Positions 1 through 10,812 are shown, numbered from the stretch's first letter. The stretch is 64,000 nucleotides of DNA from an uncultured bacterium (GCA_963845185.1 CAWJRG010000009.1:800001-864000); one strand, 5' to 3'. The notes: a model not told the origin generated them from the letters alone. Numbers and translations are program-made.

Positions 1-403
1 GCACAACAGCGCTGGTCATCAGGAAAACTCCGTTAACATTTGTGTTTATTACCATGCGCCACATGTCTGGGTCAGCTTCCCAAAAAGGCTTTGGTTCTGT
101 CATGAAACTGTCATTGACAAACTTCATTCCCCTTCCCGCATTATTAACAAGAATGTCTATCTTTCCATATTTTGATATCACCGTATCCACGAGCCTTTGC
201 ACGTCATTTACGTCAGTTACATCGGCAAGTATCGCTGTACCACCTATTTTTGCCGCAACCCCGTCTATTTCTTTTTTCTGCTTGGCTGCGGTTACCACAA
301 CATCCGCGCTCTCAGCAGCGAATGCCTCGGCAATGCCCCTGCCAATGCCCCTTCCTCCGCCTGTAATAATTGCAATCTTGTTCTTCAGCTTTCCCTTTTT
401 CAA
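1..403 (-). CDS. SDR family oxidoreductase, 3' end beyond window
   Basis: Manual translation from TTG at 403 (RBS AGGGAGG): MKKGKLKNKIAIITGGGRGIG...IDILVNNAG; TGxxxGIG and NNAG SDR motifs. Confidence 0.9.
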   Translation of the reverse strand, partial: MKKGKLKNKIAIITGGGRGIGRGIAEAFAAESADVVVTAAKQKKEIDGVAAKIGGTAILADVTDVNDVQRLVDTVISKYGKIDILVNNAGRGMKFVNDSFMTEPKPFWEADPDMWRMVINTNVNGVFLMTSAVV

Positions 404-409
404 AAGTCG

Positions 410-441
410 CCTCCCTTGATTTCGTTTACTTTGCCAAGCCG
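410..441. repeat. 32-bp exact repeat containing an RBS (copy 1; copy 2 at 55540-55571)
   Basis: cctcccttgatttcgtttactttgccaagccg is identical at both positions. Confidence 0.9.
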
Positions 442-539
442 TCAACAGGAGCAGTCAAAGTATTACAAAATCATGTGCCCGTTCAAGTCCAAGGCTTTAG
501 CCGAGGACAAGCGGTATTGATATCAAATCGTTTGTTTTT

Positions 540-563
540 GTAGGGACAATTCATGAATTGTCC
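540..563 (+). repeat. GTAG-type REP-like palindrome
   Basis: GTAG followed by perfect palindrome GGACAATTCA/TGAATTGTCC. Confidence 0.6.
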
Positions 564-740
564 GCCTTTGTTGTTTTATCCTTTTGAATAATTCTTCATA
601 GTCCCGAACTCAATTAAAAGATTAATACCGCATACTTTTACCTGACAAATTTCAAATCCCAATTCTTATTGTCCCCTTATTCCGTTAAAAAAGCAAGGAT
701 GGTTTTTATTTTGAATCTTTAAATGGTGGTTTAAATAGGA

Positions 741-815
741 TGGCTGGGGAGCTAGGGCTCGAACCTAGAGATGCGGGCGCCAAAGGCCCGTGCCTTACCA
801 TTTGGCTACTCCCCA
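741..815 (-). tRNA. tRNA-Gln(TTG)
   Basis: Reverse complement TGGGGAGTAGCCAAATGGTAAGGCACGGGC-CTTTGGC-GCCCGCATCTCTAGGTTCGAGCCCTAGCTCCCCAGCCA; cloverleaf, GTTCGA T-loop, CCA end; downstream of ispE as is common. Confidence 0.95.
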
Positions 816-915
816 ACTTTGTAACTACTGTGATATACGCGATGTGCTATGTGTGAAGTGTAATATGAAAACCTGTTTTTCACATGCCACTTACCCCATA
901 CCACTTCCCACTTTT

Positions 916-1785
916 TCAGAGCGAATGCGTCATATATACTTTTGCTTTCTTAAACTGCCTTTTCGCGGAATTAAAGCATTTTAAAGCTGCTTTTTTATCC
1001 TCATATACCGCGAATATCGTGGAGCCGCTTCCGCTTAATCCTGCGTCGACGCATTCGTGCTGCAGGAAAAAAAGCATTATTGAAAATAAATATTTGTATT
1101 TTAAAAACACGACTTTTTCAAAATCATTGTACAAAATACCGCCCCTCATCCTGCTTCCCTTCATGTAATCGAGCAGTATTTTATTATAGTCAAACCTGGC
1201 TGTCAACTTGTATTCACCCGCGTAGAATTTATCGTACAGCCTGTACGTATCTTTAGTGGATACTTTTACATTGTTGTACACAAGCACGTACCATAATTTC
1301 CTGGCGTCTTTTATTATTTCTATTTTTTCACCCTTTCCTGAAACAACAGCCGGTTTTCGGTATATAAAAAAAGGTACATCCGAGCCTATTTGCGCTCCCA
1401 TGCCGGCAAGCTCACTGCTACTCAAGCCAGCACCGAAGAGCCTGTTCAATGCAATTAATACTGCCGCGGCATTGCTGCTTCCGCCACCCAACCCGGAGCC
1501 TTCGGGTATGTGCTTGTAAAACTCTATTTTCAAGCCGGATTTCTTGCCAGTATAATCCATGAATTTTTTTGCGGCCTTGTAAATCGTGTTATCATGCGGC
1601 GCCAGGCGCAGCTTTTTTAATTTGTCCTTCAGGATTATCCCGGAGTCTTTCATCGTGTTTATTTCAAGTATATCGTATAAAGCAATCGGGTCAAATATTG
1701 ATTTTATGAAATGATACCCGTCCTTTTTGTCCGTGCCGATAATCTGCAGTGTGAGGTTCACTTTTGCGGGAGAAAGGAATATCAC
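916..1785 (-). CDS. ispE: 4-diphosphocytidyl-2-C-methyl-D-erythritol kinase
   Basis: SPAKVNLTL, IPEGSGLGGGSSNAA, IGSDVPFF, LSGSGSTIF GHMP motifs. Confidence 0.95.
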   Translation of the reverse strand: MIFLSPAKVNLTLQIIGTDKKDGYHFIKSIFDPIALYDILEINTMKDSGIILKDKLKKLRLAPHDNTIYKAAKKFMDYTGKKSGLKIEFYKHIPEGSGLGGGSSNAAAVLIALNRLFGAGLSSSELAGMGAQIGSDVPFFIYRKPAVVSGKGEKIEIIKDARKLWYVLVYNNVKVSTKDTYRLYDKFYAGEYKLTARFDYNKILLDYMKGSRMRGGILYNDFEKVVFLKYKYLFSIMLFFLQHECVDAGLSGSGSTIFAVYEDKKAALKCFNSAKRQFKKAKVYMTHSL

Positions 1786-3509
1786 AGGATCTTTTCCAGT
1801 TCGTCAAGTTTTTTCTTCAGGTCTTTCTTTTTGTCCTTTACTTTTTCCAGCTCCAGCGCTTTCTCGAACTTTTCCTTTGCCTTGTCGTATTCCTTCAGTT
1901 TCACATAGGCATCGCCGGCATGCTCCAGTATGAGCGGATCCTGCTTTAGTTTTGCCTTGTCCATGGCTGCAAGGGCATTGTTTAACGCATCCACTGCCTC
2001 TTTATACAGGCCTTTCTTGAAATAAACCCATCCGAGGCTGTCAAGGTAAAAACCATTGTTTTTCTCCAGTTCAAGAGCCTTTTTGACGAAGTCAAAGGCT
2101 TCATCCAGGTTTTTGCCCTCGTCGGCGTAGGTATAGCCTATATAATTATACGCCTCTGCGTTTTTTGGGTTTATCTTCACCACTTCCTTAAAATTCTCCA
2201 CTGCCTTGTCGTAATCCTTCATACTGTCGTAAATAAGCCCCAGGTTAAAATACAATTTTTCGGAATCCTTAAACTGCGCTTTTGCTCCGTTATACAATTG
2301 CAGGGCTTTGTCGTATTCTTTGTTGTCCATGTAAGCCGACGCCAGTAAATGATAAAAATCCTCGTTATCCTTGTTTTCATCCAGTGCCTGCTCAAAAAGT
2401 TTTATTGCCTCAGGGATTTTTCCCTGCGCCTCGTATACATAGCCTATGTGGTAATACGCGTTTACTAGCTTTTTGTTTTCCTTTATGACGGACATGAATT
2501 TTGCAAGCGCCTCGTCGTATTTTTTCATTTCTTCATACGCAATACCGAGGTAATACCTGTTCATGATGTCATTGTAACCCATTTTTTCCAGTTTCTTGAA
2601 TTGCAGGCTTGCCTCTTTGAATCTTTTCAGCTTAATGTAAACTTCTCCCAACGAGTATATGGCGTCTTTATTTTCCGGGTTTAATTTGAGTATTTCCCCG
2701 TATGTGGCGATTGTCTTGTCCCACTGCGAATTCCTGTAATATATGTCGGCAATATAATTTATAATTTCAATGTCCCCGGGTTTTTGTTTCAGATAATCCC
2801 TGTATACCTTTATTGCCTCCTCGTCCTGACCGGTAAGCTCATACGCTTTGCCAAGCCCCATATAGGCCTTGTAATAACCCGGGTCTTTTTCAATGGCCTT
2901 CTTGAAGTATTCTATCGCCTTGTCACTGTCTTCTTTTTGCCCGTAAACAATAGCTATATTGTAGTAGGAAGACGCCGATTCCTGGTCAAGCGCGATATTT
3001 TTCAGGAAATTCCCCTCGGCTCCGCTAAAATCTCCTTCCTGGTACGCGATAACCCCCATGTAGAAAAACGCCTGGGGAGATACAGGCTCAATGTTTATGA
3101 GTTTTTCAAATAATTCCTTTGCCTTCACATAATCTTCTTTTTGAACGGCTTCTTTACCTGCCAAAAGCAACAGCCGTGTATTATCCGGGGATTCTTTCAG
3201 CCCTTTTTCAATGATTTCCTCGGCCTGTGTGGTAACGCCTTTTGCTTCATATACGTCGGCAAGCTCGCCGTATATCGCGCCGGTATCATAAGCATATTTG
3301 GCGCTTGTATTAAAAAATTCGATGGCTTCGTCGTAATTATTGTACAATTCAAGCAGGTATCCGATTGAATAATATAGGTATGACACTGCTTCCTGATAAG
3401 GGTTTTTTTCAACTTCCGGTCTTATTGCGCTTTTATTAAGAGCGCACCCGGAAACGGCCAGCGTCAAAATCACAAAAAGAATTATTGGCTTGAAAATATT
3501 TTTTTTCAT
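1782..3509 (-). CDS. TPR-repeat lipoprotein
   Basis: Lipobox LAVSGC; many TPR repeats; NYIGYTYAD...YLDSLGWVYFKKG C-terminal TPR pattern. Confidence 0.85.
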   Translation of the reverse strand: MKKNIFKPIILFVILTLAVSGCALNKSAIRPEVEKNPYQEAVSYLYYSIGYLLELYNNYDEAIEFFNTSAKYAYDTGAIYGELADVYEAKGVTTQAEEIIEKGLKESPDNTRLLLLAGKEAVQKEDYVKAKELFEKLINIEPVSPQAFFYMGVIAYQEGDFSGAEGNFLKNIALDQESASSYYNIAIVYGQKEDSDKAIEYFKKAIEKDPGYYKAYMGLGKAYELTGQDEEAIKVYRDYLKQKPGDIEIINYIADIYYRNSQWDKTIATYGEILKLNPENKDAIYSLGEVYIKLKRFKEASLQFKKLEKMGYNDIMNRYYLGIAYEEMKKYDEALAKFMSVIKENKKLVNAYYHIGYVYEAQGKIPEAIKLFEQALDENKDNEDFYHLLASAYMDNKEYDKALQLYNGAKAQFKDSEKLYFNLGLIYDSMKDYDKAVENFKEVVKINPKNAEAYNYIGYTYADEGKNLDEAFDFVKKALELEKNNGFYLDSLGWVYFKKGLYKEAVDALNNALAAMDKAKLKQDPLILEHAGDAYVKLKEYDKAKEKFEKALELEKVKDKKKDLKKKLDELEKIL

Positions 3510-3515
3510 TTTGAT

Positions 3516-3965
3516 TTATGCTTCCTCGAACATTTTATTGGTCTGCCTCAGGCGCTTGTTTATCACGCGTAAAAGTTCCATCAGCAGTTTTGCCGCGACT
3601 TTCGGGTCTGAATCGAGTATTTCATTGAAACTATTTTTTGTTATTACAATCAGTTTTGTGTCGGCGTTTGTCCTGCCTGTAGCGGTCCTGGGCCCTGAGT
3701 CGATCAATGACATCTCCCCTGCTATTTCACCCGGACCGAGCTTTGCTATTACCTTCTCGTCTGATTTTGTCTTTTTTATTATATCAATCCCGCCTTCTGT
3801 CACAATATACAGGATCTCGCCAGGCATTCCCTCTACAAAAAGTATGGAGCCTTTCTTATATGATTTTTCAAATACTTTCCTGCAAACAATGTCGATTTCC
3901 ACATCCGTCAAATCCCTGAATAAATTAACCTGTTTTAATCTGTTGTAATCAATGGGTTCTGGCAT
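3516..3965 (-). CDS. Stand-alone cyclic nucleotide-binding domain protein
   Basis: LGPGEIAGEMSLIDSGPRTAT cNMP signature; no HTH. Confidence 0.85.
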   Translation of the reverse strand: MPEPIDYNRLKQVNLFRDLTDVEIDIVCRKVFEKSYKKGSILFVEGMPGEILYIVTEGGIDIIKKTKSDEKVIAKLGPGEIAGEMSLIDSGPRTATGRTNADTKLIVITKNSFNEILDSDPKVAAKLLMELLRVINKRLRQTNKMFEEA

Positions 3966-4045
3966 TCTGACGTCCTAGTTTTATTAAAGTGATAAATATA
4001 ATTTAAAATATGGGAACAAAACTGTATTAAATCCCCGATTAGGAG

Positions 4046-4861
4046 TTAAACCTGCACTTCCCATCCTTCCTGAATGGCGTAAGTCTTTTGGAATTTTGCC
4101 TGGGCATTGCGCTGCAAATCGTCTATCTGCGCGTCTGTATGCTCGGGCGCGTGATGGCACAAATGAAGTTCCTTGACATTGGCAAGCTGCGCTACTTTTA
4201 TGCCTTCTTCATAAGTTGAATGCCCCCAGCCTATGTATTTTGGGTATTCCTCAGGCGTAAAGTGCGCATCATACATCAGGATGGAAGCGTTCTTTGAAAG
4301 TTCTATCAGCTTGTTATCCGGCACCGAAAAATGCTCTATGTCCGTGGCAAAAACAAAAGCACCGGTTTTTGTTTCCACCCTGAATCCCAGAACGCCGCCT
4401 GGATGGTTTAATCTCGCAATTTTTATGTTAAAAGGCCCTATGGTTGTGGGTTCGGTTTCCATTATTTCAAGAAAATGCAGTTTTGACATCATGCCTGACA
4501 GCTCAACTGGAAAATTAATGAATTCCTGCTGCTTTTTTAAAACATCCTTGATGCTTTGGTTGTACTTGGTTTCGCCGTAAAGGTTGATTTCATTTCCTTT
4601 AATGAACGCAGGCGTGAAAAACGGGAATGCCTGGATATGGTCCCAGTGATAGTGTGAAAAAAACATATGCAGCTTTCCCTGCCCGGTAAAACCTCTTTTT
4701 AAAAGGTCTCTGCCCAGGTTCCTTATTCCTGTGCCAGCGTCAAAAACCAGAAATGTATCGTCCTGCTCTATAAAAACACAGGTTGTATTGCCTCCGTATT
4801 TGACTGTATCTTTTCCCGGCACAGGTATTGAGCCCCGTACCCCGTAATACTTTATCTTCAT
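4046..4861 (-). CDS. MBL-fold metallo-hydrolase
   Basis: GVRGSIP, YGGNTTC, DAGTG, SHYHWDHIQ, WGHS motifs. Confidence 0.85.
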   Translation of the reverse strand: MKIKYYGVRGSIPVPGKDTVKYGGNTTCVFIEQDDTFLVFDAGTGIRNLGRDLLKRGFTGQGKLHMFFSHYHWDHIQAFPFFTPAFIKGNEINLYGETKYNQSIKDVLKKQQEFINFPVELSGMMSKLHFLEIMETEPTTIGPFNIKIARLNHPGGVLGFRVETKTGAFVFATDIEHFSVPDNKLIELSKNASILMYDAHFTPEEYPKYIGWGHSTYEEGIKVAQLANVKELHLCHHAPEHTDAQIDDLQRNAQAKFQKTYAIQEGWEVQV

Positions 4862-5067
4862 CGTGCCTCCGTATTTCGCGCCGTGTTATATTTTGTTTTC
4901 ACACGTGATATGCAATTTTCTTTCGTTATATTTGATTATAGTCTTTAATTTTTCATTTATCAAGCTAAAAACCACTGGAAAAATATTTATCTTCTTTTAT
5001 TGCCTTATTTTAAAGCCAAAAAATTTGTGATTTGAATCACAATATTTTTCCGCCAAGCGAAATTCAT

Positions 5068-7137
5068 TTAACCAACATTTACCAGTTCAAAATCCCGGCC
5101 GTATTTAATATTTATCATGCCAAGTAATTTTGTTTTTTCCTTGCTGCTTATTACATATTCTCCGGAAACAATCCCGAAAGCAGCCTGCCTGCTTGTTTCC
5201 ATGATGTCCCTGTCGGTAATTATATTGGCAATTTTAAATTCAGGAACGCCATGCTGCCTTACGCCCATGAATTCGCCCGGCCCCCGCAACGCAAGGTCTT
5301 CTTCAGCTATCTTAAACCCGTCCTGTGTGGAAACCATGATATTCAAGCGTTTCATGCCTTCCTCGGTTTTCGGATCCCCAAGCAATATACAATAGGATTG
5401 AACGTACCCTCTGCCAACCCTGCCCCTGAGCTGGTGCAGCTGTGACAGCCCGAACCTGTCGGCATGCTCGATAACCATTACCGTGGCGTTGGCGACGTCT
5501 ATACCGACCTCGATAACTGTTGTGGACACAAGTATATTTACGGCTTTATTTTTAAAATCCTGCATAACAGAATCCTTTTCCTCTTTTTTCATTCTGCCGT
5601 GTATGAGCGCTACCTTATAGTTTCCGAACCTTTTTGCCCATTGTTTTTCCATCTCTATCGCGGACTTTAAATCAATTTTTTCCGACTCTTCGACAAGCGG
5701 GTAAACTGCGTAAACCTGCGCGCCTTCATTGAGCCTTGCTTCGATAAAAGTATAGAGTTTTTCAGTTTCATTTTCCGCAAACAAAACAGTTTTTACTGCC
5801 TTTCTGCTCGGCGGCATCTCGTCAATTATTGATATGTCTGTATCCCCGTAAACCGTTAAAGATAAAGTCCTTGGTATGGGTGTTGCGCTCATTATCAAAG
5901 TATGGGGCATGGCCCCTTTTTTTAAAAGTTCTGCCCTCTGCATTACGCCGAACCTGTGCTGCTCGTCTATTATCACAAGCCCCATGTTTTTAAACCCGAC
6001 ATCCTCCTGTATCAGGGCATGCGTGCCTATGATTATGCCTATATCCCCGTTTTTAATCCGTGCCAGTATTTCGTCCCTTTTTTGTTTCTTGGTATCGCTG
6101 GTCAGTAGTTCGTGCCTTATTCCAGTGCTCTTAAAATAATTTTCCGCGTTCCTCGCGTGCTGCTGCGCCAGTATTTCAGTCGGTGCCATAAACGCAGTCT
6201 GGCAACCGTTGCCGCATGTTATTGCGGCTGCGATAAAAGCCACTACTGTCTTGCCTGAGCCCACATCGCCCTGTATGAGTCTGTTCATAGGCCTGCCGCT
6301 CTTAAAATCCGCCTTTATCTCCTCTACCACGCGCTTCTGCGCGCCTGTAAGTGAAAAAGGCATGGCCGATTCGAACGCTGCGTAAGTTTCCGGTTCCGTA
6401 TTAAAAACAATGCCGCTCTTTTCCTTAATATTTTTTTTCCTAATGGCAAAAGCCATCTGCAGGAAAAAAAACTCGTCGAATATCAGGCGTTTTTTCGCCT
6501 TATTTAAAGTATCAAAATCCTCCGGAAAATGCGCGTTCAAAATGGCTTTATTAACGTCAATAAGGGAATCTTTCATTCTTAAGGTTTCGGGCAGATATTC
6601 ATCTACGCAGTCAATATACTTATCAAGCGCAAACTTGATTATTTTCCTTAAGCTTTTTTGGTAAAGCCTGTCTGTAAGGGAATAAACAGGCACAATCCTG
6701 TTTACGCTGATATTATCGTCGTCCCCTGTAATAATCTCGTATTCCGGGTTGGATATCTGGAGAAAATTCCTGAACAGTTCTATCTTCCCGTGGCAGATTA
6801 TTGAGTCGCCTTTTTTAAAAACCTTTTCCATGTACGGTTGGTTATACCATATGCAGTTTATGCTGCCTGATTCATCCTGCACCATTACGGTTGTTATTTT
6901 CAGCCTAGCGCTTACCTGCCTTGTTTGCTTTGCGAGTACTATGCCCCTTATGGTTTCCTTTTCCCCCAGTCTTAAATCTTTTATTTTTTTTATTACAGTC
7001 CTGTCCACCCATGTCCTGGGAAAATAGTAAAGCAGGTCAGCGACCGTGCGCACTCCAAGCTTCTCGAGCAGTTTCGCCCGCTCTGGTCCAACGCCCTTGA
7101 TATACTGCACTTCGTTTGACAGTTTATCTGCTTTCAT
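5068..7137 (-). CDS. recG: ATP-dependent DNA helicase RecG
   Basis: QGDVGSGKT, DEQHRFG, MSATPIPRTL, QLRGRVGRG. Confidence 0.97.
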   Translation of the reverse strand: MKADKLSNEVQYIKGVGPERAKLLEKLGVRTVADLLYYFPRTWVDRTVIKKIKDLRLGEKETIRGIVLAKQTRQVSARLKITTVMVQDESGSINCIWYNQPYMEKVFKKGDSIICHGKIELFRNFLQISNPEYEIITGDDDNISVNRIVPVYSLTDRLYQKSLRKIIKFALDKYIDCVDEYLPETLRMKDSLIDVNKAILNAHFPEDFDTLNKAKKRLIFDEFFFLQMAFAIRKKNIKEKSGIVFNTEPETYAAFESAMPFSLTGAQKRVVEEIKADFKSGRPMNRLIQGDVGSGKTVVAFIAAAITCGNGCQTAFMAPTEILAQQHARNAENYFKSTGIRHELLTSDTKKQKRDEILARIKNGDIGIIIGTHALIQEDVGFKNMGLVIIDEQHRFGVMQRAELLKKGAMPHTLIMSATPIPRTLSLTVYGDTDISIIDEMPPSRKAVKTVLFAENETEKLYTFIEARLNEGAQVYAVYPLVEESEKIDLKSAIEMEKQWAKRFGNYKVALIHGRMKKEEKDSVMQDFKNKAVNILVSTTVIEVGIDVANATVMVIEHADRFGLSQLHQLRGRVGRGYVQSYCILLGDPKTEEGMKRLNIMVSTQDGFKIAEEDLALRGPGEFMGVRQHGVPEFKIANIITDRDIMETSRQAAFGIVSGEYVISSKEKTKLLGMINIKYGRDFELVNVG

Positions 7138-9362
7138 TGCGTGCCAAGTTGGGGGTTAATAGACGGCGCTATAGTAGTCGGCTTGGTCAGCTTGTACTGC
7201 GGCAGGGCCGATATGTTTATGGAAAAATATACTTCTTCTACGTTATCCTGCCGTTTTGACCAGCTAAATGAAGCATCCCAGCAGTGCAAATGCCATGTTA
7301 CGCTGTAACTGTGGTCCATTAGGCGCTTTGTAATCATGTCGTACTGCCTTGTCGCGCCGATGCTGAACTCATCAGTGAAAGCAAAATTAAGCCCTGTGTT
7401 GAAATAAAAAGTGTCTTTTATGTTTAATTGCGGGTATCCCCTTGTGTCTATCAGGTTATTTACGTAGGTGGTGCCAAGGTTCATGCTCCACAAAGACTTT
7501 TCTTTGTCGCCCATGGCAAAATTTACATCCGTGTTCTTTACCATGTTCGCGTAAATGCTGTAGCCGCTGTTGGCATAAAGCGAATACTCGTTATAATTCA
7601 TTGTCGCATTTAAGGCAAGCAGTGAAAACCTGTCCTGGATGTTTTTAATCGGCGGGCTGTCATCAAGCATGTCATAAGTGGTATTTGCCCTGATAGTAAG
7701 CATGCCTAACATGCTTGACATGTTGATTGCCAGCGAATCCGCTGTTATGCCGGTATGAAGCATAGATTTATTTTTATTTATCTGCTTGGCAAGATTTTGG
7801 GACAGCGTCAGCTGCAGCACGCCTCGGGGTGCAATATCCATGACAAGCGTAGCGTTTGTTGTATAAGTATTCAGGAATTCACCTTTGATATGCGACTTTT
7901 CGTCGCTGTTTGACCAGTTCGACTGCAAACCAGCGCCCCCGGACAAAGACATGAAAAGCAGGCGGGGAAGCGATAATGTCAGGTTCGGGTTCCAGCCTGC
8001 ATTGTCGGAATAATAACCAGGCGTGGAAAGGCTGTAATTCCGTGTAAAATTAAGCGAGTTTTTCAAATAAAGCCTTGGTAAAATTTCCAATGACGTCATC
8101 TGGTAATTTAAATACGGCAAAGTCCTGCCCGTAGTAATGTAATGATATTTTGATTTATCAAGAGGCTGCCCGGTCAACGGATCCGTGGTAACAAGCGTCT
8201 CAGTGTCCAGTGCATTAATGTCCAGGGAGTTGTTTCCCCAGAAGCTTGTCGTGAAATCCGCGTATGAATTCTGCGATTGGTTATCCACCTGCCCTGCAAG
8301 CGTTTCCTGGCTTAACAGCGCGTCGCTCACCTTGCTGACCTTGATATTCAGCTTGCTGGTGTCGTTAAACTGCTGGGTATGAGTCAAACTGCCTTCCCAA
8401 TGCTCGTCCTGAGAGTTTAAACTCGACGTAGTTTTTGTGTAATAGCCATAAAGGGATCCAGTCGAATCTTTTGAAAAACCGTAATTTGAAGTCAGCCTGT
8501 AGCCCCACCCGAGTTTTTGCATATAATCAACTTCCAGCGTTTCCTGATTTAACTGGTTAAAATAATAATTGTAGATTAAATCGGCGTAATAACCCTGAAT
8601 GTCGTTATGCCCGACTTTAATCTCAAAAGGCAATTTATTGTTTTTTAGCGACTGGTAAAAATACGGGAAATAAAGCACCGGTATCCTGCCAAGGTAAAAA
8701 ACCGTGTTCCATGCCTCTATTTTGTCGTCCTGGTAAATATATATGATTGACGATTCCATCCTGTAATGCGGCTGTTCCTTGTCGCAGGTGGTGAATACAG
8801 GCGATTCTATCTCGGTTTTTTTGCCTTCGGTTTTCATTTTTTTACCTTTGACTATCCATGGCGGCTTGACAATCGTTACGTTTTCCGTATAAGCTGTCGG
8901 TGTCTTGAAATTGTAATATATCTTGTCCGTATAAATCCGCGAGTCCTTTTGCATCACCAGGACATTTCCATCTGCAGATATATCGCCGGTATTTACATTG
9001 GCATAAATCCTGTCGGCAAAAATATAAATATCGTCGTGTTTTATGGTGCCGTGGCCTTCGCCGAAAATCTCAGCAGTCTGGTTGTCGTAGGAAAGGTCGT
9101 CTGCCATTACAAATACAGGCGTGGCTGTGTTGGCATTTACATCGGCTGGCATTGATAAAGAAGTGTAAGTTCCCGTTGCCGCCTTTGCTTTAAACGGCAG
9201 GAGCGGGGAAAAAACAAGAAGGAATAGTATTAAGTGAAGTGCCGGCCAAATCCTGTTGCCGCATCGAGGGTTTCGCCGCGGACGTGGTCGCCGGAACTTT
9301 GACAAAAGATGGTATACCCGCGTATAAGAATAAAATTTTTTTTTATCATTAACGTTTGTCAT
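7134..9362 (-). CDS. lptD: LptD/OstA-like outer-membrane assembly protein (start uncertain)
   Basis: N-terminal OstA-like beta-jellyroll (FTTCD..PHY, PVLYFPY) followed by beta-barrel-like region ending WHLHCW. Confidence 0.65.
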   Translation of the reverse strand: MTNVNDKKKFYSYTRVYHLLSKFRRPRPRRNPRCGNRIWPALHLILFLLVFSPLLPFKAKAATGTYTSLSMPADVNANTATPVFVMADDLSYDNQTAEIFGEGHGTIKHDDIYIFADRIYANVNTGDISADGNVLVMQKDSRIYTDKIYYNFKTPTAYTENVTIVKPPWIVKGKKMKTEGKKTEIESPVFTTCDKEQPHYRMESSIIYIYQDDKIEAWNTVFYLGRIPVLYFPYFYQSLKNNKLPFEIKVGHNDIQGYYADLIYNYYFNQLNQETLEVDYMQKLGWGYRLTSNYGFSKDSTGSLYGYYTKTTSSLNSQDEHWEGSLTHTQQFNDTSKLNIKVSKVSDALLSQETLAGQVDNQSQNSYADFTTSFWGNNSLDINALDTETLVTTDPLTGQPLDKSKYHYITTGRTLPYLNYQMTSLEILPRLYLKNSLNFTRNYSLSTPGYYSDNAGWNPNLTLSLPRLLFMSLSGGAGLQSNWSNSDEKSHIKGEFLNTYTTNATLVMDIAPRGVLQLTLSQNLAKQINKNKSMLHTGITADSLAINMSSMLGMLTIRANTTYDMLDDSPPIKNIQDRFSLLALNATMNYNEYSLYANSGYSIYANMVKNTDVNFAMGDKEKSLWSMNLGTTYVNNLIDTRGYPQLNIKDTFYFNTGLNFAFTDEFSIGATRQYDMITKRLMDHSYSVTWHLHCWDASFSWSKRQDNVEEVYFSINISALPQYKLTKPTTIAPSINPQLGTQ

Positions 9363-9397
9363 TCCTTTTTCATCAGCCGGCTGCTGTTACCTCCGAC

Positions 9398-10498
9398 TTA
9401 TAATATTGCCGTTTCGTTTGACGCGTCAAAAAAATGCGCCTTGTTCATGTCAAATACCAGCTCGAGTTCCTGGTTTATGTCTATCTCCGCGTCGGAGTCC
9501 ATCTTCGCTATGAACGGCGTCTTCCCTGTCGTCAAATACACCAGGTTTTCGCTTCCAAGCGGTTCCACTACCTCAACCGTTGCCACCACCGTATTGTCCG
9601 CGCTCGCGTTCGGAGCGTACACCTTGTCGTATATGTCTTCCGGCCTTATTCCCATTATTATCGGCTGCCCTGCCTTGCCCTTCAGCAGCGCTCCCATCGA
9701 CTCCGGCACCTTTACCTCGAAATTCTCTTCGTTGAAAAATAATCCCCCTTTCTTTTCCTCCAGTATTCCGTCTATGAAATTCATTGACGGGCTCCCTATA
9801 AATCCTGCACAGAATTTGTTCACTGGCTTATCATACAGTGTCTTCGGGTCCGCTATCTGCTGTATCTCTCCGTCCTTCATTACCACTATCTTCTCCCCCA
9901 TTGTCATTGCTTCCACCTGGTCGTGCGTTACGTATATCATTGTCGCCTGCAGCCTCGTGTGCAGCTTTGAAAGCTCTGCCCTCATCTGCACCCTTAGTTT
10001 TGCGTCCAGGTTCGACAACGGCTCGTCAAACAAGAATACCTTCGGCTTCCTTACTATCGCCCTTCCTACCGCTACCCTCTGCCTCTCTCCTCCGGACAGC
10101 TCTTTCGGCTTCCTCTTCAGCAGTTTCTGTATCCCGAGTATATCAGCCGCCTCGTCTACCCTCTGCTTTATCTCTGCCTTCGGGTATTTCCTCAGCTTTA
10201 ACCCAAATGCCATATTTTCCTCTACTGTCATGTGCGGGTATAACGCGTAGTTCTGAAATACCATTGCTATATCCCTGTCTTTCGGTTGTACGTCGTTTAC
10301 CATCATGTCATCTATAAATATCTCCCCTCCTGTCGCTTCCTCCAGTCCTGCCACCATCCTCAATGTCGTTGTCTTTCCGCATCCGGATGGCCCTACCAAT
10401 ATTAAAAATTCTTTATCTTCGCATACTATATTTGCACCTTTTACTGCAAGTACGTTTCCGTATTTCTTCATTACATTTTTCATTACTACTCTCGCCAT
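9398..10498 (-). CDS. Sugar ABC transporter ATP-binding protein (MalK/UgpC family)
   Basis: GPSGCGKTT, VFQNYALYPHM, LSGGERQR, DEPLSNLDAKLR, C-terminal TOBE region. Confidence 0.95.
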   Translation of the reverse strand: MARVVMKNVMKKYGNVLAVKGANIVCEDKEFLILVGPSGCGKTTTLRMVAGLEEATGGEIFIDDMMVNDVQPKDRDIAMVFQNYALYPHMTVEENMAFGLKLRKYPKAEIKQRVDEAADILGIQKLLKRKPKELSGGERQRVAVGRAIVRKPKVFLFDEPLSNLDAKLRVQMRAELSKLHTRLQATMIYVTHDQVEAMTMGEKIVVMKDGEIQQIADPKTLYDKPVNKFCAGFIGSPSMNFIDGILEEKKGGLFFNEENFEVKVPESMGALLKGKAGQPIIMGIRPEDIYDKVYAPNASADNTVVATVEVVEPLGSENLVYLTTGKTPFIAKMDSDAEIDINQELELVFDMNKAHFFDASNETAIL

Positions 10499-10553
10499 TT
10501 TGTCCTCCGCTATTTTGTGCTGATTTTTGTAAAAATTATTGAAATTCCTAGTG

Positions 10554-10582
10554 ATAATAACACTTTATCTTTATTATGTCAA
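10554..10582 (-). promoter_or_regulatory. sigma70-type promoter of the ABC ATPase gene
   Basis: TTGACA-17 nt-TATTAT. Confidence 0.65.
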
Positions 10583-10812
10583 TAATATTGCCTAAACTTG
10601 ATAATTGAAAGTTTAAAATATTTTAATTTAAACAAAAATAATAGCTTTAGATATTAATTTAACGAAAAACCCTATTTTAAGAAATACAAATAATTATAAT
10701 AACAGTGATTATACAAAGATAAGCCCATGATATTCAAAGCGTATTTTCGATAAAATAAGGTTGTTATTTATACTTCTTATTTGCATGTAAACAATCTGGT
10801 TTTCAGTTATTC

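Noticed and set aside
9309..10250. Long plus-strand ORFs (also 17754-18662, 31563-32342, 34085-34936 and many shorter)
   Set aside because: Antisense shadows of well-supported minus-strand genes, with no recognisable motifs.
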